A stretch of 64,000 bases of DNA from Candidatus Tenderia sp. (GTDB lineage: Bacteria > Pseudomonadota > Gammaproteobacteria > Tenderiales > Tenderiaceae): positions 1-64,000 of the forward strand of contig JANOSY010000005.1 of the NCBI GenBank assembly GCA_031416075.1, written 5' to 3'. A program made the translations under genes and the position numbers. Below the pieces are notes generated by a model. It saw only the letters and a list, made by a program, of their open reading frames with translations, made no database searches and was not told the origin of the DNA. Below are positions 1 to 8,126 of the stretch, one piece after another. Position 1 is the stretch's first letter; every line of letters begins with the position of its first letter.

Positions 1-1350
1 GTGCACATCACGCATAAGGACGCTTTCAGTCAACTCGAGTTCCAGATAGCGCGGCTCCAAATCCGTTTCAGCGAGGGTTGCGCGTACATTTTCGAGAAAA
101 TTCTGGGCGCGAAATTCCAGCGCGGAGGTGTTGACGGCGACCGTCACAGGCAGCAAGCCCGCCTGTGACCAAACCAGGGTCTGGAGACAGGCCTGGCGCA
201 GCACCCAGCGACCCATCGGCACAATCAGGCCGCACTCTTCGGCGATGGGCACGAACTGCGCAGGCAGCAGCAACCCGCGTTGCGGATGCTGCCAGCGAAT
301 GAGCGCCTCGACGCCGACAATCGCGCCGCTGTGAAGATTTATTTTCGGCTGGTAGTGCAACACAAACTCCTGCCGTTCCAGCGCGCGGCGCAGGCTGGCT
401 TCGATTGATTGCCGCTGCACAGCCCGCGCATTCATACCCTGTTCAAAGAACTGGTAATTGTTGCGGCCATTTTCCTTGGCGTGGTACATCGCGGTGTCCG
501 CATTTTTGATCAGGGTTTCTGCGTCCTGACCATCGTCGGGGTAGATGCTGATACCGATACTCACACTGATATGGAGATCGTGCTGGTCGATGTTGTACGG
601 CAGCGCGAGCGCCGCAAGCATCTTTTGCGCAGACAGCGCCGCGCCTTCTGCGTGCTCAATAGTGGGAAACAGCAGCACAAATTCATCCCCACCCTGGCGA
701 CTGACGGTGTCCGAGTGACGCACACAACCCACCAGGCGCTGTGCAACCGACTGCAGCAGTTGGTCGCCAATCGCATGCCCCAGGGAGTCGTTGATATGTT
801 TAAATTGATCCAGATCCATAAACATCACCGCAAGCTGTCGGCCTTGACGACGGGCCAACTCTATCGCCTGGTTAAGCCGATCTTGCAGCAGGATTCGATT
901 AGGCAGATCGGTAAGAACATCGTGATGGGCCAAATGATGCAGCTGAACTTGGACTGTGTGGATTTGTTCAGCCAGTTTCTGTGCTTCAATGGTGGCGATG
1001 ACCAGACGTGCGTTCGCTTGCCGCAGCATAATCATGTGATCGTCGGACGTTGCCTGTTTCGCCTCTGCCGTGCGAATTTCCCGCTCGCGCAAGGTGGCTG
1101 CTGCTTCGCGCCCATGAGCTTCTCCTTCCCGCATCTGCACCGCGTCCTCGCGCAAATGTACGGCATCTTCTCGCGCAGTGGCCGATTTCTCGCGGCTTAG
1201 AATGCCCGCTTTACCGTCAATGACGCCGTTTTCCCTACGTCTCTTATCGTTTCCGCAGACAGCTGGCAACCTGTCTTTGGGCAGGCTTGCCACCCCTGCC
1301 TGATCGAGGCCATGGGTTTCAGAAGCGTCGTCCTTACTGTTGCTGGTCAT
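1..1350 (-). CDS. GGDEF-EAL diguanylate cyclase/phosphodiesterase with N-terminal coiled coil (3' end truncated by window edge; absent from ORF track)
   Basis: Manual translation from ATG at 1350 (RBS GGAGG upstream) gives HDVLTDLPNR, MDLDQFKHINDSLGH, RHSDTVSRQGGDEF (GGDEF at 679-693), LHYQPK, VEALIRW (EAL at 301-309) and LELELTES. The frame is in register with the window edge. Confidence 0.95.
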   Translation of the reverse strand, partial: MTSNSKDDASETHGLDQAGVASLPKDRLPAVCGNDKRRRENGVIDGKAGILSREKSATAREDAVHLREDAVQMREGEAHGREAAATLREREIRTAEAKQATSDDHMIMLRQANARLVIATIEAQKLAEQIHTVQVQLHHLAHHDVLTDLPNRILLQDRLNQAIELARRQGRQLAVMFMDLDQFKHINDSLGHAIGDQLLQSVAQRLVGCVRHSDTVSRQGGDEFVLLFPTIEHAEGAALSAQKMLAALALPYNIDQHDLHISVSIGISIYPDDGQDAETLIKNADTAMYHAKENGRNNYQFFEQGMNARAVQRQSIEASLRRALERQEFVLHYQPKINLHSGAIVGVEALIRWQHPQRGLLLPAQFVPIAEECGLIVPMGRWVLRQACLQTLVWSQAGLLPVTVAVNTSALEFRAQNFLENVRATLAETDLEPRYLELELTESVLMRDVH

Positions 1351-1374
1351 TGTCGACCTCCCTCACCTAGTCTT

Positions 1375-2838
1375 CTAGTTACGGACTGACTGCGGCCGGC
1401 CCGACAAGATTCCAGCATACTCAGATAAGGTCTCGCCAATAACGATGCCTTTGTCTGTAATGTCAAATGATCGAATGTCCTTACTGTGCTGGCTGCCACG
1501 GACTTTAACGACCGAGAGGACGCGTTTGAATTGGCCCACGATCTCGATATAGCGCTGCACGATAATGGCGTCAGCGAGAAAAGCACTGCCAAATGGACTA
1601 AAGCGTAAATCGGTGTAGCGGTCTTCAAGTTCCGAGGTCATTAAGATGGTCATGCCCATACCCGTAAGCTCGGCAACCATCCGGTACAGCGATCCGCGAA
1701 AGTCTTCTTTAAACTCGGGCGCCAGCGCCAGCTCAAATCCAGACAAGGAGTCAATGACGACACGCTTGGCCTGCATTCGATTAATCATTGCTATCAAATT
1801 ATGCAAGATTTCATCAATCGACAAATCCAGCGAACGCGTGTCGATTACGCCGACTTGTCCCGCCTCGACCAGCGCATACAGCTTATTGCTCAGCAGTTGG
1901 TTAGGGCTCTTTTCAAACGCCGCAATCACACCCGGTTCACCCCGGCGCACCCCTTCGGCGAGGAATTCGGTCGCCAGCACGGTTTTTCCGGAACCGGATG
2001 GGCCTACTACGAGTAGCGAATAGCCCACCGGCAAACCACCGCCCAGCATTTCATCCAGGCCAGATGTTCCCATGGGAACACGTTCCTCATCGGTGGATAT
2101 CTTGCTTGTTGGGTCAACCTCTGTGCCGTGTTCAATAATCGCCCGCGGGAAAACCTTAATGCCTTCATCGCTAATGCGGAACGTATGCAAACCGGGTGCC
2201 TGGGCTTGACCCCGTATTTTGACCACTTGCATCTTGCGTACCATTGAATTGCGGTGCACGTTTTGCGACAGCCAGAGGATGCCATCGGCCACGGTAAAGA
2301 CCGGGCTGGACTCCGCTTCCGGCATTAAATATTCGCCTATCAAAAACGTAGTTGCCTGCCAGCTGGTCATTTGCACGCCCAGTTGCTGCACAAACTGCTG
2401 CAGCTCGGACGCCCCCTGATCCTCCCGCTTCGCCGACTGCACCACCGACCGAAACGAATCGACAAATACTAGGCTGGGCGCATAGTCTTTCACTTCTTCG
2501 GCGATGCGTGACAATACGCGGTCAAAATCTCCCTCTAGCAAGTCTGTAGACAGGTTGACGAAGCGGATCGATTCATTGACTTTATTGATATCAAAAAACG
2601 GAAATTGCTGTTGATAGCGGAGCATTTTCAAAGGTGGCTCGCCGAGCACCGTGAAGAACAGCGCCCGATTATCCGGGTTTGCCAGCGCGAACATGATCTG
2701 GTGGGCGAGCGTGGTTTTTCCGCAGCCCGGCGCACCGGCAATCAGGTTAAACGAGAATTCCGGCAGACCACCGCCCAGCAAGTTGTCCAAGCCCGGTACG
2801 CCTGTGGGCAGACGACGTATGCTTACCTTTTTACTCAT
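1375..2838 (-). CDS. KaiC-like/RAD55-family double-domain ATPase
   Basis: Two RecA-type domains: PTGVPGLDNLLGGG..GAPGCGKT..VFVDS..KIRG and GLDEMLGGG..GPSGSGKT..VVIDS..KVRG. Start placed at ATG 2838, overlapping the upstream stop. Confidence 0.93.
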   Translation of the reverse strand: MSKKVSIRRLPTGVPGLDNLLGGGLPEFSFNLIAGAPGCGKTTLAHQIMFALANPDNRALFFTVLGEPPLKMLRYQQQFPFFDINKVNESIRFVNLSTDLLEGDFDRVLSRIAEEVKDYAPSLVFVDSFRSVVQSAKREDQGASELQQFVQQLGVQMTSWQATTFLIGEYLMPEAESSPVFTVADGILWLSQNVHRNSMVRKMQVVKIRGQAQAPGLHTFRISDEGIKVFPRAIIEHGTEVDPTSKISTDEERVPMGTSGLDEMLGGGLPVGYSLLVVGPSGSGKTVLATEFLAEGVRRGEPGVIAAFEKSPNQLLSNKLYALVEAGQVGVIDTRSLDLSIDEILHNLIAMINRMQAKRVVIDSLSGFELALAPEFKEDFRGSLYRMVAELTGMGMTILMTSELEDRYTDLRFSPFGSAFLADAIIVQRYIEIVGQFKRVLSVVKVRGSQHSKDIRSFDITDKGIVIGETLSEYAGILSGRPQSVRN

Positions 2839-3253
2839 GTTTGAATTCCTTGCCGGCCCCATGCGAGGCGTTATTGCCCCAAGCCGAACGTAAAATACTG
2901 GTTGTTAACTGCTCACCAATTAATGAGGCCACTATGTCGGTGAACGTAATCAGTAGCAGAGTGTTGGCTGCGCTGGCTTGCGCAGATGTTTGTCCTTCAA
3001 GGCACATTTTTAATGCCGCGAAGCGGTGATCAGTCCGGGGTGACAGTGCGCTGGCCTCGAGCCAGGGAAATGTGGACAGGGCAAGAAATAGACTTCTCGC
3101 GTAAAGTGAATGGAACCCCCCTTCACCGACGAGCGAAATGATTTGGGTTGCCATCTGTTCCCATAAGTTAATTGCAGCATCCGTAGTTTTTTCAGAATGT
3201 TGTTCCGTTAAACTTACAATTAGCTGGTGTCTGGGTAGATCACTGGTTTCCAT
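2831..3253 (-). CDS. Small alpha-helical hypothetical protein, translationally coupled to the KaiC-like ATPase
   Basis: 140-aa ORF whose 3' end overlaps the ATPase start. Internal pseudo-repeat ISLVGEGG / ASLIGEQL. Confidence 0.8.
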   Translation of the reverse strand: METSDLPRHQLIVSLTEQHSEKTTDAAINLWEQMATQIISLVGEGGFHSLYARSLFLALSTFPWLEASALSPRTDHRFAALKMCLEGQTSAQASAANTLLLITFTDIVASLIGEQLTTSILRSAWGNNASHGAGKEFKHE

Positions 3254-3569
3254 AACTAGAGCTTCGATCCCTCACATCTCTTCCACCTAATTTTTGCAGG
3301 CTAATCTAAGGAAGCATCTGATTAATTTTCCTTGCAGCGTGGTTAGTATCCTCCCCTTCGCCCAGAATGTAACGCAACTTCTGTTTGTTAGGGCGGACTT
3401 TGGTTTACCGCTTGAAGAGGTGGTCAGGCAGCTAATCTGACATTTTCTGCAAGGGGTATGGCGTTATTGGTATGTGGCTTCTGAACCGGAGGCCACAGCA
3501 GTTGTGGTTTTTTGTGCAGAAAGTGGCTGACTATCTTGAATTTATTGATTCAACAACTTACACATAAAC

Positions 3570-3594
3570 AGGCGTGCTACGAACCGTAGCGCCT
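3570..3594 (-). terminator. Hairpin after the RsmB/NOP gene
   Basis: AGGCG(TG)CTACG-AAC-CGTAGCGCCT stem just past the stop at 3611. Confidence 0.5.
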
Positions 3595-3610
3595 CCGTTA
3601 GCTTAGACCT

Positions 3611-4858
3611 TTAACTTGAGCGCACCATTACCGCCGCAAAGAAGCCATCGGTGGCATGGCGATGTGGATAGAGATGCAGATAATTGCCAGCACCCAGCTC
3701 GATCTTGGGCAACGCCTCAACGATGGGCATCAGCTGGTACTCAGGATGTTTGGCGAGGAAGGCCTCGACAATCGCTTCGTTTTCATCCACCAGCAGTGAG
3801 CAGGTGGAGTAGACCAATCGCCCGCCCGGCTTTAACAGATACGAGGCCGATTCGAGAATGGCGCTCTGTTTGACGTTGAGCTCTTTAACTGATTGCGGTG
3901 ACTGACGGAATTTGAGATCAGGATTGCGCCGCAATGTGCCCATGCCGGAACAGGGTGCATCCACCAGGACACGGTCGATCTTGCCGTTGAGCCGTTTAAT
4001 GCGGGCATCGGTTTCGCTGCTGATAAGCGTGGCGCCAATGTTGGAGAGGCCGGACCGTTTCAGCCGTGGTGAAAGATTATCAAGCCGCTTTGCCGAGACA
4101 TCAAAGGCGTAGACACGACCGGTGTTGGCCATCGCCGCGCCAAGCAGTAGTGTTTTGCCGCCGGCACCGGCGCAAAAATCGACCACCATCTCACCACGCT
4201 TGGCACCTACCAGTAGACCAAGCAGTTGGCTACCTTCATCCTGCACTTCAACCATGCCTTCAAGAAAGAGCGGATGTTTTTGCAGCTGCAGCTTCTCCTT
4301 CAGGCGAATACCAAGCGGTGAGTAAGGCGTTTCAGTGGCACTGATGCCTTCTGCACTGAGCTGCTCCATCACACTTTTACGCTTGGCCTTAAAGCTGTTA
4401 ACACGCAGGTCGAGTGGCGCGGCCTGTTGCAGGCTCTGCCCCAGCTGCACAATCTCCTCCTCCGGCCAGTCTAACTTTTCAATCACCCAGGCCGGAAGCT
4501 CGGAACGTGCTGTTAAATCGAGCTGTGAACCTCGCCCTTTTAGTGAGATGGCGAATTTTTTTTCATCGTCACTGAGCTGGTCAGTGATCTCCCGCAGGTT
4601 ATGACCCCGCAGCCGCAGTAGCGCGGCGATGGCAAGATGACGCGGCGTCACCTCGTCCGGCGCAATCAAAGCACTGAGAAAGTTGTAACGACGTAGAGTG
4701 GCGTAGATCGTTTCGCTGATGACCTGCCGATCGCCTGAACCGAGCTTGCGATGTTCACGAAAGAAGTGTGACATCACTGCATCGGCCGGATAGGTAAACG
4801 GCAAAACTTGAGCGAGGGCATCAACAATGCCGCGAAACTGGTGGGAGGTGAGTGCCAT
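3611..4858 (-). CDS. RsmB/NOP-family RNA m5C methyltransferase (second Fmu/Sun-like paralog)
   Basis: EVQDEGSQL, DFCAGAGGKT, VLVDAPCSG and YSTCSL motifs. Confidence 0.92.
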   Translation of the reverse strand: MALTSHQFRGIVDALAQVLPFTYPADAVMSHFFREHRKLGSGDRQVISETIYATLRRYNFLSALIAPDEVTPRHLAIAALLRLRGHNLREITDQLSDDEKKFAISLKGRGSQLDLTARSELPAWVIEKLDWPEEEIVQLGQSLQQAAPLDLRVNSFKAKRKSVMEQLSAEGISATETPYSPLGIRLKEKLQLQKHPLFLEGMVEVQDEGSQLLGLLVGAKRGEMVVDFCAGAGGKTLLLGAAMANTGRVYAFDVSAKRLDNLSPRLKRSGLSNIGATLISSETDARIKRLNGKIDRVLVDAPCSGMGTLRRNPDLKFRQSPQSVKELNVKQSAILESASYLLKPGGRLVYSTCSLLVDENEAIVEAFLAKHPEYQLMPIVEALPKIELGAGNYLHLYPHRHATDGFFAAVMVRSS

Positions 4859-4991
4859 GAGATTGATCTTAATCGATTAAAAAGTCTGGTGGGGATTATC
4901 CGCTATCTGAACCTATCACTGTAATAAATATTTAACATACCCTTTTGTTCGAGTAGCCGTATATTTGGCAGGGACAATAAGGAGAGAGCCA

Positions 4992-5207
4992 ATGAGCCAG
5001 CCCTATAAAAACAGTGCCGATATGGGCATACATGCCGACGCGATCCACTCCCTTGCTGAACAGTACAATATTGATGAGAAAAAAGTGAAGGGAATCTATC
5101 AAGCTGAACTCAGTAAACTGGAGGTGGGTACACGTATCACCGCCTTTCTGCCGGTACTCTGTATTCGTCACGTCAAAGAGCTAATTATCCGCTCGCGGCA
5201 CGGCTGA
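4992..5207 (+). CDS. Small helical protein, DUF3562-like
   Basis: RBS AAGGAGAG then ATG 4992. The pattern AIHSLA..ELSKL..TRITAFLPVLCIRHVKE is recalled as DUF3562. Confidence 0.6.
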   Translation: MSQPYKNSADMGIHADAIHSLAEQYNIDEKKVKGIYQAELSKLEVGTRITAFLPVLCIRHVKELIIRSRHG

Positions 5208-5217
5208 TTTATCTCTG

Positions 5218-5430
5218 CTATTTACGCCGCAGAGTAAGTTTTGCGACCAACAGGCCAAGCGGCACGCTGTGCATCAACAGATCAAAAATATCCAGCGGCT
5301 TAACAAGCTCACCCGCCACCAGCATCTTCAACTTCTCCCACAGATGTGGCTCAGGCACAAACGGCGCAAATGTTAAAAATGCCGCCACGATTGCCAACGG
5401 CATCAGCGAAATCTTATCCAGCCACCGCAC
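5218..5430 (-). CDS. Small conserved membrane protein
   Basis: 70 aa, two hydrophobic segments, APFVPEPHLWEKLKML..PLDIFDLLMH motif. Confidence 0.75.
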   Translation of the reverse strand: MRWLDKISLMPLAIVAAFLTFAPFVPEPHLWEKLKMLVAGELVKPLDIFDLLMHSVPLGLLVAKLTLRRK

Positions 5431-5523
5431 CCTAATACCCCCCGTTCAACATCAATGCCGCCTGCGCCGAGGAGGTCTGAGTCTGCACCCCGGCCACCTT
5501 ACCAGAGATCCTAACCACACCAA

Positions 5524-5904
5524 TCACAGCTCCACCCCCTCTTTTACCGTCAGCGGCAACCGCTCAAACGCTATACCTTGCCAACCGTGACGCATAAAAA
5601 GGCGAATATTAGAATGGTCCGTGCCCTGCGGATGTTTCAACACATCATCACGATAATAGTCACCAAAACAGGCCAACGTCTCCGCCACATCCAAGCCATT
5701 CAGCTGGGCAAAGGCAAAAATCTTACAGGACCCCTCATTTTTACCCGCCTCATTCACCATCTGCTCAACACCCACACCGTTAGTAAAGCGGCTGGGCCGG
5801 TAGTCATAGTAAGACTCAATAAGCGCAATCACATCCTTAAACACCACAGTGTCAGGCTGCTGCTTAATCCCTCTAATAAAAGCGGCAATCGCTATCACCG
5901 TCAT
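5524..5904 (-). CDS. HopJ-family protein
   Basis: YYDYRPSRFTNG, NEAGKNEGSCKIFAFA, FGDYYR..HPQGTDHSNIRLFM..GW. AGGAG RBS before ATG 5904. Confidence 0.85.
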   Translation of the reverse strand: MTVIAIAAFIRGIKQQPDTVVFKDVIALIESYYDYRPSRFTNGVGVEQMVNEAGKNEGSCKIFAFAQLNGLDVAETLACFGDYYRDDVLKHPQGTDHSNIRLFMRHGWQGIAFERLPLTVKEGVEL

Positions 5905-6003
5905 ACTCCTGAGCTCACATAAAAGGTTACTATCAATAGTGGTGCTGAATATTTCAGACGCGCCACCGATAACAGATACAGATATCAACCATGGATACGG
6001 CAC

Positions 6004-6756
6004 ATGTTCCACACGCTTATCACACTACTCAAATATCTCATCAACATCATCGACTTTATCTGGCTCACCATCATCATGTGGCTCTGTGCCTTTCTGCCAG
6101 AATCGATAAACCGCCACTACTACTTCCCACTATTTCGCATCTGGTGCCGCTTTTTTGTACGCGCCATGGGCGTGGAGCTACGTCTGCATCAGAAAAACCT
6201 GCATCGCCTGCCCAGTCGCTACATACTCATTGCCAACCACCCAGCCGCCTTTGAGGATGTTGGCATACCCGCACTCTTCCCCGTCCGCTCACTGGCCAAG
6301 GCCGAAGTCGGCAAGTGGCCCATCGTAGGACGAATCTCTGTCGCCTCCGGCACACTCTATGTAAAACGCGACTCCAAAGAGTCACGCAAGGCGGCGCTGG
6401 AGTCAATGGTAGCAGCCGTCAACAACGGCAAAAATATCGCCCTCTACCCCGAAGGAGGCTGTACCGGACGACGCCTGAACGAGCGTTTTCTCAACGGGGC
6501 CTTTGAAGTATCACTACGCACCGGAGTCCCGATTGTCCCCATATTTATTCACTACGAATCACAACAGGATTTCGAATGGCAAGACCCCTACACCCTCCCC
6601 CAGAAGATATGGCACATGATGACCACACAAAACCCACGGGCTAACTACTACCTCTTTGACGCCATCGACCCAGCCCACTTCAACAGCGTAGAAGAGTACA
6701 AACAGGCCGTTTACACACTATATAAAGAGTGGGACCAACGCTATCTGACTGAATAA
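6004..6756 (+). CDS. Lysophospholipid acyltransferase (PlsC family)
   Basis: NHPAAFED and YPEGG motifs, N-terminal TM segment. Confidence 0.88.
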   Translation: MFHTLITLLKYLINIIDFIWLTIIMWLCAFLPESINRHYYFPLFRIWCRFFVRAMGVELRLHQKNLHRLPSRYILIANHPAAFEDVGIPALFPVRSLAKAEVGKWPIVGRISVASGTLYVKRDSKESRKAALESMVAAVNNGKNIALYPEGGCTGRRLNERFLNGAFEVSLRTGVPIVPIFIHYESQQDFEWQDPYTLPQKIWHMMTTQNPRANYYLFDAIDPAHFNSVEEYKQAVYTLYKEWDQRYLTE

Positions 6757-6777
6757 TGGATCAACACTACATTAAAG

Positions 6778-6990
6778 TCACAACCCACCCTGCTTATCGG
6801 CAACATCTGTCGCCTCAGCACGCCTCAGGGCCGCATGAGCAATGACCAATAGACGCGCCTGAGAATCCGCCGCCCCCCACTGCACAATTTCCGTCAGACT
6901 ACGAAAACAGCCCAAACAGATATCAGCACCGTTCAAACAACAGTGGCGGATACAGGGTGAAGGGACCGGGGTTTCAGAAACTGATGCCAT
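6778..6990 (-). CDS. DUF1289-family small Cys-rich protein
   Basis: SPCIRHCCL..CLGCFRSLTEIVQW. Confidence 0.88.
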   Translation of the reverse strand: MASVSETPVPSPCIRHCCLNGADICLGCFRSLTEIVQWGAADSQARLLVIAHAALRRAEATDVADKQGGL

Positions 6991-7016
6991 CGTAATTTAA
7001 TTTTAGCAGTAAAACG

Positions 7017-7043
7017 AAAAACCCCGCCGAAGCGGGGTTTTTT
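7017..7043. terminator. Rho-independent terminator of the cold-shock gene (bidirectional form)
   Basis: AAAAACCCCGC-CGAA-GCGGGGTTTTT. Confidence 0.9.
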
Positions 7044-7068
7044 GGGGCCGCATTAAAGCAGCCTCGCC

Positions 7069-7272
7069 TTAAGCTGCTTTAACGTTTGCAGCAGCTGGGC
7101 CTTTGGCACCGTTCTGGATTTCGAAAGTCACTTTCTGACCCTCTTCCAGACTCTTGTAACCGGTTCCCTGAATGGCTGAGTGATGTACAAATACATCCTT
7201 TGTGCCGTTGTCTGGAGTGATAAAACCGAAGCCTTTGGTGGCGTCAAACCATTTAACTATGCCAGTATTCAC
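7069..7272 (-). CDS. cspA: Cold-shock protein (CspA family)
   Basis: [30 protein letters not shown] start with AAGGA RBS. Confidence 0.95.
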   Translation of the reverse strand: MNTGIVKWFDATKGFGFITPDNGTKDVFVHHSAIQGTGYKSLEEGQKVTFEIQNGAKGPAAANVKAA

Positions 7273-7437
7273 TAGAATTTATTCCTTAACTAAATATACT
7301 AAATATGTGTGCGTGGTGTTATGAAGGCAGGATGAGAGGATGGCACTACTTGCGATGCTAGGTCCGGACATACTATCTTGGTCATAACCGTACGACCACT
7401 AACTAATGTCTGTAGCTAACTACATACAGACGAAGTA

Positions 7438-7466
7438 AGCCTAGCACTTTATTTTAAAGCTGTCAC
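7438..7466 (-). promoter_or_regulatory. Putative sigma70 promoter of the csp gene
   Basis: GTGACA-17 nt-TAGGCT with an extended TG. Implies a 5' UTR of about 160 nt. Confidence 0.55.
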
Positions 7467-7769
7467 TATGTTTCTTAGACTTTCTTAAAAATATCTCGCC
7501 AAGTATATGCGGGGCTCATCGGTAATCGTACAGCAACCGTTTATGGCGTGACAAAACGGAAAAAACGGCCTACTCTTAACCGTGTATTTTTACTATATTG
7601 CAAAAAATTTATCTATCCACTTGATTTGTATTGAAATATATTTTTTGCACCCCTATAGTAAAGTAAATGGTTTTCCCCTAGAATATCGCGCTTCTGACAG
7701 AGGTCTCTTGACCCCCCTGACAGATTGGTACCACAACCCTTTTTTTTCACCCTTTCGAGGTTTAATCCC

Positions 7770-7994
7770 ATGCGTAATTTTGTATATGTTGCAGCCGCTG
7801 TTGTTGCCCTCTCTTTGACCGCTTGCAGCAAATCAGAAGAGCCTGCTGTTGAAATAACTGCTCCTGCTGTTGAAATGACTGCTCCTGAAATGACTGCTCC
7901 AGTAATGCCAGCTCCTGAAATGCCAGCTCCTGAAATGCCAGCTCACGATATGGAAATGACTGCTCCTGAAGCAGAAGCTCCAGCTGCTGAGTAA
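7770..7994 (+). CDS. Small lipoprotein with Pro/Glu/Met/Ala repeats
   Basis: GAGG RBS, signal peptide with lipobox LTAC, tandem PEMPA/PEMTA units, downstream terminator. Confidence 0.85.
   Translation: MRNFVYVAAAVVALSLTACSKSEEPAVEITAPAVEMTAPEMTAPVMPAPEMPAPEMPAHDMEMTAPEAEAPAAE
7842..7970 (+). repeat. Coding tandem repeat (21-bp and 15-bp units)
   Basis: CCTGCTGTTGAAATRACTGCT x2, then CCTGAAATGACTGCT, CCAGTAATGCCAGCT, CCTGAAATGCCAGCT x2. Confidence 0.9.
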
Positions 7995-8028
7995 GCGCTC
8001 TAGCGGGCTGTTTGTAGTTTAAGCAGTT

Positions 8029-8056
8029 AAAAAGCCGACCCTAGGGTCGGCTTTTT
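8029..8056. terminator. Bidirectional terminator between convergent lipoprotein genes
   Basis: AAAAAGCCGACCCTAGGGTCGGCTTTTT. Confidence 0.9.
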
Positions 8057-8126
8057 GTTTAATCACATTGTTCAAAAAGACTCTTGAGCAGCCTCACACA
8101 GGAGGCCACTCAACTCTCTTCATCCA

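Noticed and set aside
409-1200. 263-aa plus-strand ORF
   Set aside because: Antisense shadow of the GGDEF-EAL gene, which carries all the recognisable motifs.
1375-2838. A true circadian kaiC clock gene
   Set aside because: No kaiA/kaiB in view and the canonical S/T phosphosites are absent.
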